A stretch of 64,000 nt of DNA, from assembly GCA_030390025.1 (NCBI GenBank), contig CM059446.1, positions 38,874,001 to 38,938,000 on the forward strand, written 5' to 3'. Source of the DNA: Squalus acanthias (lineage: Eukaryota). The notes beneath the pieces were generated by a model. It ran no database searches and had not been told where the DNA came from. It was given only the letters and a program-made list of their open reading frames with translations. Each line of letters opens with the position of its first letter. The first letter of the stretch is position 1. Below are positions 10,619 through 22,020 of this stretch, in pieces. The translations under genes and the position numbers were made by a program.

Positions 10619-12021
10619 CCATTCCGTTTTGTCTTGTGACTGATAAAGTACAACCGTTTCATTTTTTTTAACTATGGATAAACATTCAGGCTGCCCTAAT
10701 AACGTAAATGGTGCTGGTGATTAAAAAAAAAACAACAAAATGGTCAGGATTTTCCCATCAGTCCAGTCACATTCCAAATTCCCCATATGAGCGAACTATT
10801 CAAAGAGGAACATAAAAGTTGAACGGAATTCAAAATGTATTAACACCTGCAGTACATTCATTAAGCACATTAAAGGTGTTCCTTTAAGATTTCCCCTCTT
10901 GAGAGATGTCCTTCTTGATTCAGGCCTTTTTTTAATACTAGCTGATCTCCCAATATGTTACTCATGCTAAATTGGAGGATATGCTGTTTCACAAGAGTGC
11001 TACGCTATTTAATGCGCAATGTATTTATTCTGCCACTTAAGTGGAGCTGTGTGTAATCCAGCCTGTCCCTTTAAAGCCTCAAGGTCTAATTTGTATAAAT
11101 AGGCACGACCTGAAGTCAATTGGGGGTGGGGGCAATTGGCTGCTACTTTTAAATGCCTGTCTTCTCCCCAAGGGCAGAAAACCAGCAGGAAATGACTGGA
11201 TTTCTTTATCTTTGTTTACTTAAGAAACAATTGCTTTGCATCCATAACAAAATGTGGCACTTTGAAATGTGCTGAACATGAAAGAGGCACAAGACTTTTT
11301 ATTTAATAGCATCTACTGGTTCTAGAAATGAGCTCCAAAGGATTTTCAGACTCAAAACTGGTCTGAATTAAATTTATGCATGAATATCTGCATTTCTAAT
11401 TTCCATGGTGATTGAATGGCTATGCTTCTGAAATTTCGACTTACATGCTAGGTCAGAAAGTATCTGTCTCCAGCTCTCCATTGTATCCAACAATATCCTG
11501 GACTGGGCTGGTGCTTTTTCGATGATGGGAGGGGCTTTTCTGGTAGGCTAGTGGCGGGTATTGATTTGATCCTTCTTGGTTTTGAGATAGTTTGCATTTG
11601 TTCCCAGTTGTTCTAATAGAAGGAATAAACTCCCAAAGACTGCGGGAAGTGAGATCTGCATCCATACACTGGTGATCTAGTTGGACACAATCTAGATCCC
11701 TGACAGTCTGGTGGGAGGGGGAGAGGCAATACACACAACTTATAATTTTTCAGTGTGAGGAACATTTGATCCCTCTTTGTCCAGTGGTAACAAAATATCT
11801 CCAAGTCCTCAGCAGTCTAGTGGTATTTATGCGCCCATATCCCTGGTGACCTCTTGAAGGCTGCTCTTGCTCAGTCAGCCATTTAATCTTCGAACACTAA
11901 TTCTAAGGAACTAGATTTGTCTCTTTTTGATACCAGGTCTGAATAGACCCACCCAATCACTCTTAATGTACATTAAAAAATACTCAGGTTGGCAAAGCGA
12001 TTACTGAAAATTTCAGACAGT

Positions 12022-12120
12022 GGGCGTAATATTGACTTTGGCCGATAGTGTAAAATGGACAATATCGGATCAGCCGCCTGTTATACATCTCTCCCGATTT
12101 TCATTTGGAAAATGACCCCC
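12022..12120. mobile_element. MITE (GGG-type TIR), related to 17741-17934
   Basis: gggcgtaatatt...aaaatgaccccc flanked by agt/agt. Confidence 0.55.
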
Positions 12121-12207
12121 AGTAAGTTTTAACGTCACTCATCTTCAGAATGTAGTGTTGTACGTTATTGAGTTATAGGGAAAACTTTCTTGGCCATTTC
12201 ATTTACT

Positions 12208-12640
12208 TCGTCAGCTTGGCTCAGTTGGTGGTCTTCTTACCACTGAGTCTAAAGGTTCTGTGTTCAACCCTCATTCCAGGACTTGAACATATAACCCAAC
12301 GTTTCAGTGAGGTACTGAGGAAGCACTATGTGATCGGAGGTGCGGGCATTCAAATAAGACCATAAAACACCTGTCAGCCTGTTTCAGTGGTTTGGGTGGA
12401 TGTTAATGATCCAAGGGGGCTATTCAAATAAGAGCAGGGCGTACTCCGAGTGTCTAGGCCAACATTCTTCCCTCAACCAACATCACCACAAAAACCAGTA
12501 AGTTGACTCATTGCTCTCTGCTGAGTTCAAAATGGCTGCTGCAATTGCCTACATAATGGTCACTGCACTTCAAAATAATTCCTTGTATGTGAAGCACTTG
12601 AGAGACATAAGGTGCTCTATAAATGCAAGTTTTTATTTAT
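12208..12640 (+). mobile_element. Older, diverged Deu-domain SINE
   Basis: gtcagcttggctcagttgg head, agagcaggg...ggccaacatt...ccctcaacc core, tataaatgcaag tail. Confidence 0.75.
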
Positions 12641-12895
12641 GTATGTAAATTAGGTACAACTATCATGATTAATTTAATACATAGTCAGTATTAGCACAGA
12701 TGTGGTACATTTTATAAATATTAGGCATCACTTTATTTGTAAGCTGTTTCTAAAATGTAGAACATGCACAACCTCTTCCTTTCCAATTCCACTAATTGTA
12801 TCAGCAAAGCCAAGACTTCATAACGTCCACAAAGATGGATGTGGATCCTATTTTACGACATCTATTCTTTTGGATGGGAGTATTCGGAAGCTAGT

Positions 12896-13340
12896 GTGTC
12901 AGCCGTGGCTCAGTTGGAAGCACTCTCGCCTCTGAGTCAGAAGGTTGTAGGTTCAACATCCTGCTCCAGAGACTTGAGCACAAAAATCTAGGCTGACGCT
13001 CCAGTGCAGTGCTGAGGGAGTGCTGCACTGTCAGAGGTGCCGTCTTTCAGATGAGACATTAAACTGAGGCCCTGTCTGCTCTCTCAGGTAGACATAAAAG
13101 ATCCCATGGCACTACTTTGATGAAGAGCAGGGGAGTTATCCCTGGACAATGTTTATTTCTCAAACAACATCATTAAAACAGATTATCTGGTCATTATCTC
13201 ATTGCTGTTTGTGGGACCTTGCTGTGCGCAAATTAGCTGCCGCGTTTCCTACTATACTTCAAAAGTACTTCATTGCCTATAAAGCGTTTTGGGATGCCCT
13301 GAGGTTGTGAAAGGTGCTATATAAATGCAAGTTCTTTCTA
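12896..13340 (+). mobile_element. Deu-domain SINE, full length
   Basis: A box tggctcagttgg, B-box-like ggttcaacatcc, Deu core, L2-like tail. Confidence 0.9.
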
Positions 13341-13789
13341 TCTTCTTTCTTTTCTAATGTGCTGTAAGATAAAGACCACTATTGATTGCAATAGTCACAA
13401 TAAACAGTTTCATGGTCACTTTATACATCAAAGCAGTTCTGCAATGCATTGTGGCTCCTGGTGGTCTGCTCTGTTTGAAGTCCAGGGCAGGTTGCAGAGC
13501 ATCAGGGAAACACACAAACAACTGCACTCACCATTAATGGTCAAAATTGTAACTTTAAGATTCTGGCTATGGGCCTTACCTGATATGGGGGAGGGGGGAC
13601 AGCCCGAAGAGTGTCTAAACAGGTCAGCAGTAATTTGAAAACCACATTGCTAGCCTCAAAGCGTATATTGAGTGCTCAGCTTGACAGTCCCCAAGAAAAC
13701 ATAGTCGCCAGAGGCAACTGTTTCCATTTGCTGGTGGAGACACTGTACCTCTGGTGGCACTATTCCTTGCCCTTGGAGGCACCAGCACC

Positions 13790-13905
13790 GGCTCATTAAG
13801 TGTTAGCTTGCCTCTGAGCCAGAAGGTTGTGGGTTCAAGCACAACTCCAGGACTCGAAGTTGAGTACGTAATCTAAGCTGACACTTCAGTCCAGTACTAA
13901 GGACG
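13790..13905 (+). mobile_element. Deu-domain SINE head fragment
   Basis: gcctctgagccagaaggttgtgggttcaag...ctaagctgacacttcagt. Confidence 0.7.
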
Positions 13906-15509
13906 TTAGACCTAGAATTTACTGTTGGCTAATTATGCCACTCAAGTTGTCAGTCATTATGTCGCAGTCACATGAAAGACTGTCAATATTATTGATATAT
14001 TGTACTAATATCCAATTATGCCGATCTTTTCAATATCTTAAGGGCAGTTTGTATAAACTGTGCATTAAAGACTGTGGGAAAGTAACTGTGGATAAGTAAA
14101 AAATAAATTGTGATAGATTACAACTTGCACTTGTACCTTTGATTAATAAGACACTAACCTATGTGGAAATTCAATTTCTCCCAGTGTATAAAGACTTCAG
14201 TTTGATCATTGAAAAAAGCCTGATCTGACTTTAAACTTCAGGAAATACATAATAGAGGATACTTCCTGGGGAATCATGAAATACCATTTATATTCTACAC
14301 ATGACCTGGTAACTCATGAGTAATGAAGTTCTGAGTGAAGGTATGAAGGTCATTTTTACCCATTGAATATTGAACACGTCTCAATATCTTCCCAGTATTC
14401 TTTGATTCCATAAGTTAATGTCTTTGAGGCAAAATAAATTTGTATCAATATTTACTTTTGGTTTTGAAATTTTTAAACACAGCTGACAGCTAAACTGCTT
14501 TATAATGTTAGAGCACAGCCTGATATCAGTGCTGTGCTTGTATCAATTCAAATGATATCTGAGAGGACAGGAGATCATGAAATAACATTATATCCTGTGG
14601 AAATTCCATCATATGTGGTACAGTAAGATTGTACAAATGTACTTATACGGTCACTTTAAGAGGTGTTAACACTGGGGCAAAGTGATTTCCCCTTCACACC
14701 AAGTCTAAGCTGGCAAAGTCAGGGTCTGGTCTCACTCCAGATCAGAGGAGGGAATCAGAGTCAGTTTGGGCTTGCACACCTGATTCACGCCCCATTAGTT
14801 TAGCATTGGTGCAAAGCCAGAACTGCGTTGCACTGATGCCAAGCTTGTGGTGTGAACGCATTATAAATTCAGCGCGGTTTTAAACCTGGTTTAAAAAGTT
14901 CGACCTCCTGCACACTACTTAAACCTACCTCCCCTCAGTTTAAATGTTCCGAAAGCGGGGATTCTCCCCTCGACGTTCTCTAAACATTTACATTTCTGGG
15001 TTTCGGGAGAGAGTTCTATGCATTTGTGTATCAAGGCACACACCGTGCTCTCTCCTGGTGGGATGGTTAGAATTCCAGCCAGGCAATGTAAAATCTGTCT
15101 GGCTGGAGCCCGATCTCAGACTGTAATGCACCCTTACTCGTTGATGCGGAGATCTGCTGGCAACAGGTTCTCTGCCATTAACCCTGCTTATTCAGCAACA
15201 GAAAAATAATGATCAGAACAGTACGGGAGTGTGGGATTGCTATGTGAAGGACTAGGGAATGCAGGGTTGTAACTTCAATCCCCCTCCACTGTGTCCTTGA
15301 CCTGACCAGTCCCTTTCTGGGGAGGTACCTGGCCTCCCTTCTCTGCTTCCCCCGACATTCGAGGTAAATTCATGATGAGACCGTTGAGATGCGCCTCCTA
15401 GCAGCTACCTGAAGAATGGCACTGGCAGAAGGCCCAGAGCAGATCATCCACGATCTCAAGAGCAGGAGATACATGACATAGTCCGGCTCCAATAGAAGAC
15501 AAAGCAAAA

Positions 15510-15628
15510 GAAAGAAAAGAACTTACATTTCTATAGAGCCTTTCACGACCTCAGGCCCTCGCAACGCGCTTTACAGACAATGATGTACTTTGTTTCTTGA
15601 AGTGTAGTCACTGTGGTAGTGTAGGAAA
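15510..15628 (-). mobile_element. Deu-domain SINE 3' tail fragment
   Basis: Matches 606-720. Confidence 0.7.
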
Positions 15629-16502
15629 GGTTTTTCCACCTTTCAAAAAAAACAAGTATTATTTTACACATCAGATTTGAAGCCTACTCTTAAGGGGACG
15701 TTGAATTCTCCAACAATACTTGCTTTCAAAATTGTTCCAAACATGAACTCCCACTTTCAGCATCTCTTAACTTTCCATGATTTGGTAGGCGGTGAAATTG
15801 GAGCTAAATCACTTGCTTTTAACCTGTGAAAACGCAGCACGGCAATTTTTTTTTTAAAAGGTGAAACAAAATGTATGAGCTACCAGACATGCCATTGGAA
15901 AAAGCCTCGGCATGTGTCAGCACAAAAGATTTAAGATAACACAATAGCTTCTTCTTGCCTTTTAAGAATAAGTAATTAATACATTTTGTGGCTTTTTATA
16001 TGGCTGGGTCATTAATGGGTGATTAATGGTGTGCACTGCAGGGGAAAAAAGGGTGCAAGGTCACCTGTTTTAGAGAAGTGAGCAGTAGATGAAAAAGAAA
16101 CATGTTTATAAGTGAAATTGCTTGCTCTTAACAGGAGTTTACCAGCAAAGAAATTAATTTAGCAACAAAATAAATCCACTCGTGGATCAAATTTGCTGTT
16201 AAGTGGAGCTAGCTCTTATCTGACTTGTTCCTAAGTGAGGTGACCTGTATTTGTCACATGTCACAGGAAATGGGCTTCAGCCAGTGGAGGTGTGAGAATG
16301 AATTCAATCTGCTATTAGAGACTGGGTTAACCTGGGGGAAAAAAATGATGAGGGGTCAGACTATCCAAGCTTAGCTCTGCGAGGTATGCTGGTGATGACC
16401 GTGTCAGATGTATTCATACTTCGTTCAGTTATACAGGGTCATGTTATGCCCACTGGCAAGTTCAAATTAATCCAGTTTTCCCGTCAAAAATGCAATGGTC
16501 TT

Positions 16503-16695
16503 TATAGAAGCTTACAGCACAAAAAGGAGTCCATTCAGCCAGCTCTCTGTCGGGGCAGTCCACTCCCTTGCCCCATAGCCTTGTACCTTCCTCTTCATCA
16601 AGCACCTATCCAAAAACTCAACCACCCAGCTGAAGGCTCAAACCCACGACCCCGAAATTGAGCCTCCTGATCCTTGCTGCCTGAGCAAACCGGAC
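16503..16695 (-). mobile_element. tRNA-Lys-like head fused to CR1 3' tail (short SINE or chimeric retrocopy)
   Basis: 16695-16623 reads GTCCGGTTTGCTCAG...GGGTCGTGGGTTTGAGCC...TGGGTG (73 nt, resembles tRNA-Lys-CTT), followed directly by a CR1-type tail ggctatgggg...ggctgaatggactcct..tgtgctgtaa. Confidence 0.6.
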
Positions 16696-17019
16696 TTAAT
16701 TAGAATTTTTTTGGGCAGTGCCGCTGATTTTCTGGTCATGGTCAGGAGATCGTGGGCAGTTTACAGTCCAAATTTCCATCTACACTGCCGGCGAGCGAAG
16801 TTCCCCACTGGCAATGCAGGATCACAACATTGCGTCCGTGGTCTTCATACCGAAGTTTGAGGAGGCTTCCAAAATAATTGCTTCAGATTTATTGCAACTA
16901 GACTTTAAAGCAAGACAATGCCTTGCTTGGTTATGGAACCCAGATATTAAAAGGTGTCAAGAACAAAAAGTTGACAATTTAATTTTTTCCTGCTTACAGA
17001 TAACTAACGCAGTGACACT

Positions 17020-17401
17020 AATTATGCTTAGCGGGCTTGACAGGGTAGACGTTGAGAGGTTGTTTCCCCTGGCTGGAGAGTCTAGAACTAGGGGTCATAG
17101 TCTCAGGATAAGGGGTCGGCCATTTAGAATTAAGATGAGGAGAAATTTCTTCACTCAGAGGGTGGTGAATCTTTGGCATTCTCTACCCCAGAGGGCTGTG
17201 GATGCTCGGTCGATGACTATATTCAAGACTGAGATCGATAGATTTTGGGCACAAAGGTAATCAAGGGATATGGGGATCGGGCGGGAAAGTGGAGTTGATG
17301 TAGAAGATCAGCCATGACCTTATTGAATGGCGGAGCAGGCTCAAGGGGCCGTATGGCCTACTCCTGCTCCTGCTCCTGCTCCTATTTCTTATGTTCTTAT
17401 G
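17020..17401 (+). mobile_element. CR1 LINE 3' fragment
   Basis: GLDRVDVERLFPLAGESRTRGHSLRIRGRPF...FFTQRVVNLW plus CR1 3' UTR and ttcttatg repeat tail. Confidence 0.92.
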
Positions 17402-17740
17402 CTGGAACACTAGCATGCGACATCATCATGAGATATGCCTCTTTTGGCTCCTTTCCCTTCCTAAACCAAAAAATTAGCTTGCCAAATGCTTTGCCACGAG
17501 AACAATGCCTTTTTAAAGGGTTCAATGTCCATTGTACATTATCTGTAGTGAGCTCATCTGCATTCAATTCCTGTCAGTATTTTTTTTACAACAACCTTTT
17601 AGCATGATGCTTAAGACGCACGATGTGTGCTATTTTTGTTGCCGAGAGGAACTTTAAGCTCGAAAAAGGACTGTGGCAGATTTGACATGAGTCATGAAAG
17701 GTAGAACTGAAAGGGTCAGAAAGTGTTTCAGTGCAAAACT

Positions 17741-17934
17741 CGGGGTAATTTTAACCTTTGGTGATAGTTTAAAACGGGCGATATCAGCTCAGTCGCCTCT
17801 AATACACCTTTCTTGATTTTTCTTTCCATTGAAGTCAATGAAAAGGAAAATTGGGCGGGGTGTATAACAACAACAACAACAGGCTGTCAATCCGACGTTG
17901 TCTGTTTTACACCATTGCCAAAAGTTAAAACTCT
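17741..17934. mobile_element. Palindromic MITE
   Basis: ggggtaattttaacc...aagttaaaa with central ttccattgaagtcaatgaaa hairpin; related to 12022-12120. Confidence 0.55.
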
Positions 17935-19699
17935 GGGCTGGATTTTCCCAGCGGAGGCGGGTTCGCGGTGGGAGAGCTGGTTGGCGGGTTCCGATCCCGC
18001 TCCCGGCTGCAGCCGCTCTGTCAAAAGGATTTTCCGTTAATTGGGCTTGTTCAGCCCGCCCTGCGGGGTTGCCGGCCAATTAAAAGGAAGCGGGTCTGAT
18101 CATGTAATTTGATGACGCGTCATCAGCCGGTTTCCTTAAAGGGACCATGGCCACATTCATTTTGACAGTTGTGCTGTCAGTGTTCTACAGCATTGAGGTG
18201 CTGCAAACACTGACAAGCACTGCACAGAGGTGCACGGCTGCACCCAGGCTCTCCCATGACTCCCTCCATATGCTTATGGAGGGAGTCACAGCACACAGGG
18301 AGGTTCACTTCCCTTCCAATGGGAGGAAGAGACCTCCCCGGGACACAACGCAGCCTGATTGCACAATACGCAAGAGGGCACAAGCAGGGATGCCATCAGG
18401 AGGACCTGGCTGCAGTGGCGCAAACCTTTCAATGATCTCAGTAGGTCACAAAATGTTACTGCAAAACCACACTCAACCTCACCCTGCTGTGTCAATCATC
18501 ACATCCCCATAACTCTGCCTTCCCTACCCTACTCCTGCACATCCTTACTCACACCCACCCTCTCTATCTACATTATCACTTCCCCATCTCACTAGCCACC
18601 CCTCACACTCACCCTCATCCTACTGCAAGCATACCAACTAACAACATACAAGGGTAGGCACTTGGGTGGTTTATCCAATGGTCATGTGAAGTTTCTGGTA
18701 ATGTGCTGTCAAACATTGAAATCTTTATTTTCAACACTTTGCGTTCTTGGACAGATTTGTGTGCACCTTTGGAAGTGGCTTAGTGAGTTGCAGTGAATGG
18801 TGAGACATAACGGTACCCCCCGCAATGGTGATGAGTGTAAAAGGAATGGCTTGGGCATTATAGGGATGCTTTATGTTGCTGGTATGGGGTGGTGCCAACC
18901 TGGTGCATCATGTAGCAGCTAGGTTGTACAATGTTAAGTGAAGCAAATCTGGACATGGTGAGGCCATCGCTGGCATCCCGGGCAGCTATGTTATCGGGTG
19001 CTGATGCCCTGTGTCCAGTGCAGCATCAGTTGATTGTGGAGAAGGTTGGTGTGGATGTTGGTGATGTTGGTGTGCCTGGTGATGTTGGTGTTGGGGATGA
19101 TTGTGTTGGGATTCTGAGGACCAAGATGAGATTTTTTCAAGGGCCCCGATGTTGTTGGAATAGATGGCAGCTGAAGGTGAGATGACAGAAGCGATCTGTC
19201 AATGGTGAGACAGCTTGCTCCAAGGAGGTGACAGTGGATAGAGACTTTACTCCAGCACTTCCAGACTGCATACAGCTAAAAAGTTTCTTCCAAGTCATGA
19301 AGGCTCTAGCCTCTGACATTGGAAAGTGAACAACTGTGAAATGGAAGCTTTCATAGCACTTTTGCAGCTGTCACCTATTCACAGCAATGGGGAGACATAG
19401 AGAACCCGACCTACTTACCTGATGTGCTCTCTGAACGACATGAACTCCGTTAAAAATGTGGTAAAATAGAAAAATGCTAGCAATATAGTCGTAAACACAC
19501 ACTTAACAAGCAGGTAAGTATCTTAAATGCCTCCCCCGCCGCTTGGTGTCGGGTCTGTTCTGAAATCGCAGACCCAACACTCTGGAAACTTACATGGAGG
19601 CGTGTTCACAGCGGGTTCCCAACCCGCTGTCAATCATTTCGATTTTGACAGTGGACCCGCCTCCAAACCCCCACTCTGAGCACCGGCAAAATTCTGCCC
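17935..19699. mobile_element. Non-autonomous Harbinger derivative (internally deleted)
   Basis: TIRs GGGCTGGATTTT / AAAATTCTGCCC, TSD tct/tct; decayed SANT exon on + (AAPRLSHDSL...RRTWLQWRKPFNDL, about 18210-18455); transposase N- and C-terminal remnants on - (about 18930-19130). Confidence 0.82.
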
Positions 19700-21131
19700 T
19701 CTGTGTGGGCTTGAAATGAGAGCTTTATAGCTTGTAAGTGGGCTTGACATTCACATTTGAATTTCTATAAAGGCTTTTGTGATGGAGTCCACATTTACAT
19801 TGTCACCTATGAGACCGATGCTTTTCTTCATAAATACTATTGGAACAATGGGGTAGACTTTTGTCATTGGCGGCTGAGCATTAAGGAACGAGGTAAATCG
19901 GCAGAAAGTATCGCACACACTACAGAACCAGTCTGACTGTCCTTCCATTTAAATTAATGAAAGGAAAATCAAGGGGATTCTGGTGCATGCGTGTGATCCT
20001 CTTCACACGATTTCCCTTTCTGCAATCCACCCGGGTGATGCTTAACTCCCAGCCAGTAAAGATTAAAAAAAATCAACCCAGTAACTTCAGGACTAGGAAA
20101 GATGAATAAATCCAAAACTGAGTGCTTTGTTCCTCCTTTGCCCACATGAGAACCCAGTGATAAGTGGTTATATGGAACAGGAGTGACTTGGCTATGTAAA
20201 TTATATATAACGTTGCAGACAATATTTTAAAGTCGGGTTTTTAGAAAATAATGTGGTTCCATTGCTAATCATTTGCAGCAAGCACTCTGTGGAGCCCAAT
20301 TAAGATCATTAATGTAAAGTCCAACTTAAGATCAATTCTTTCCCTGAAAAAAACCATTTTGATTCACTGCTGTATGATTGACAGTGATTATGTATCAGTA
20401 AAACCTGTTTAAAATCAATTTGGTTGATCTGAATTTCAACATAGTAATTTAAAAATCAAGGGACCTAATTTTGGCTATCAGCGTCCTTACCATCTATAAC
20501 TGATGGCTGCCCCCAAGGGCAGTAATGGTTTACCAGTCTAGTGGTAATTGCTAGCTAGCCGTGATTTGACAATGCTCAAATCAGATTAGTGCTATATCCC
20601 TTTTATCTTACACATCCAATTTTGATAGAGCAATGCTGGGACACACCTCCACTCACTGCTCTCCTTGATTTATATTTGTTAGTTGACACCGCTTCTCTTG
20701 GGCCAGTTGGAGGCCAATGAGGAAAAGCACAAGAACTTAGAAGCTGGCTTTGAGTATTTAGTAGCACAGTGCGGAGACCAGCTGATTCAACAGTAGCTTA
20801 CGAGACCCACAAAATGTGTGTCCCTGATAACACCGGAATTCCAGCGGATGCACTCTTGACATTTGAGAGTCCCATCAACGGCAGGAGAATTGTGCATCTG
20901 CATTCAACAGTTCTCCCCAACAGTAAAAACTCCCTTCTGTCCTTGATTCAAGCTAGCCTTCTGTCCATGATTTACTTCATTGGACACAGCTGCAGTTTTG
21001 TCTTCAGTGAAACAAGCCACCAGGAACCCAGGCAATTAGGATTAGGAGGGGCATCAATTTAGAGTTTTTAAAATGCTTTTCTCCATTGTTGGGACTAGAT
21101 GGTCTTTTTTGTTCCCTTCCTGCCTACATTT

Positions 21132-21492
21132 ACATAGAAACATAGAAGATAGGAGCAGGAGTAGGCCATTCGGCCCCTCGAGCCTGCTCCGCCATTTAAT
21201 GAGATCATGGCTGATCATCCAAATTCAGTACCCTGTCCCTGCTTTCTCCCCATATCCCTTGATCCCTTGAGCCTTAAGAAATATATCTATCTCCTTCTTG
21301 AATATATTTAATGAATTGGCCTCAACTGCCTTCTGTGGTAGAGAATTCCACAGCTTCACCACTCTCTGGATGAAGAAATTCCTCCTCATCTCAGTCCTAA
21401 ATGGCTTACCCCTTATCCTTAGACTGTGACCCCTGGTTCTGGACTCCCCCGCCATCGGGAACATCCTTCCTGCATCTAGTCTGTCTAGTCCT
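21132..21492 (-). mobile_element. CR1 LINE 3' fragment
   Basis: ORF 21225-21464 MFPMAGESRTRGHSLRIRGKPFRTEMRRNFF; near-identical to 43395-43747. Confidence 0.92.
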
Positions 21493-21535
21493 ATTTAGTG
21501 CTTATGAAACCTCGATCCCTCCAGCAGAACATTTG

Positions 21536-22020
21536 GGAACATCGGAATTGCTAGACGAAGAAAGGCCAAGGTCCATCTAATTTACCTTCTACCATCCTGG
21601 TAGTTGCATGATGCAACGATAATAGAGTTGTTGACTAATCATAGCAATCAATTAGTCTACAACAGACCCAGGCACGATGTGAGGAAAATCCCAGTGTTCG
21701 AGAGCTTTGGGAAGCATAGGTCCAAAGTCACCTGCTCCTCCCAAGCATGCTACACCTACCACATGTCGTGTCTCAAACTACTCATATACTGTATCTCAAA
21801 ATGTTATTTTCTGAAAGAAATCTATTTAATTTGCATTTGAATGAATCGATGCAATCTGCTTCCACCGCCTCCCTGGGGAGCCTGTTCCAAAGATTGACCA
21901 CTCGCTCACTGAAATATTGTTTCCGCAGATTCGTTTTGAATTTAGCCCCCTTCAAGCGCAGGCCGTGGCCTCTGGTTCTACTGTTCTGGACAAGGTGAAA
22001 CAGCTCGTCATGGTCTAGAT
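21536..22020 (-). mobile_element. Divergent CR1-clade LINE 3' end with long 3' UTR
   Basis: Minus strand encodes SRTRGHGLRLKGAKFKTNLRKQYFSERVVNLWNRLPREAVEA; the UTR recurs at 62200-62410. Confidence 0.8.

Noticed and set aside
14940-15210. Possible very decayed SANT exon
   Set aside because: Similarity is too weak to support by eye; it needs a profile search.
16623-16695. Functional tRNA gene
   Set aside because: Anticodon arm and D arm are degenerate and the sequence is fused to a CR1 tail.
16718-17260. 180-aa ORF as a novel gene
   Set aside because: Chance read-through from unique sequence into a CR1 ORF2 C-terminus; the same applies to 32401-32907.
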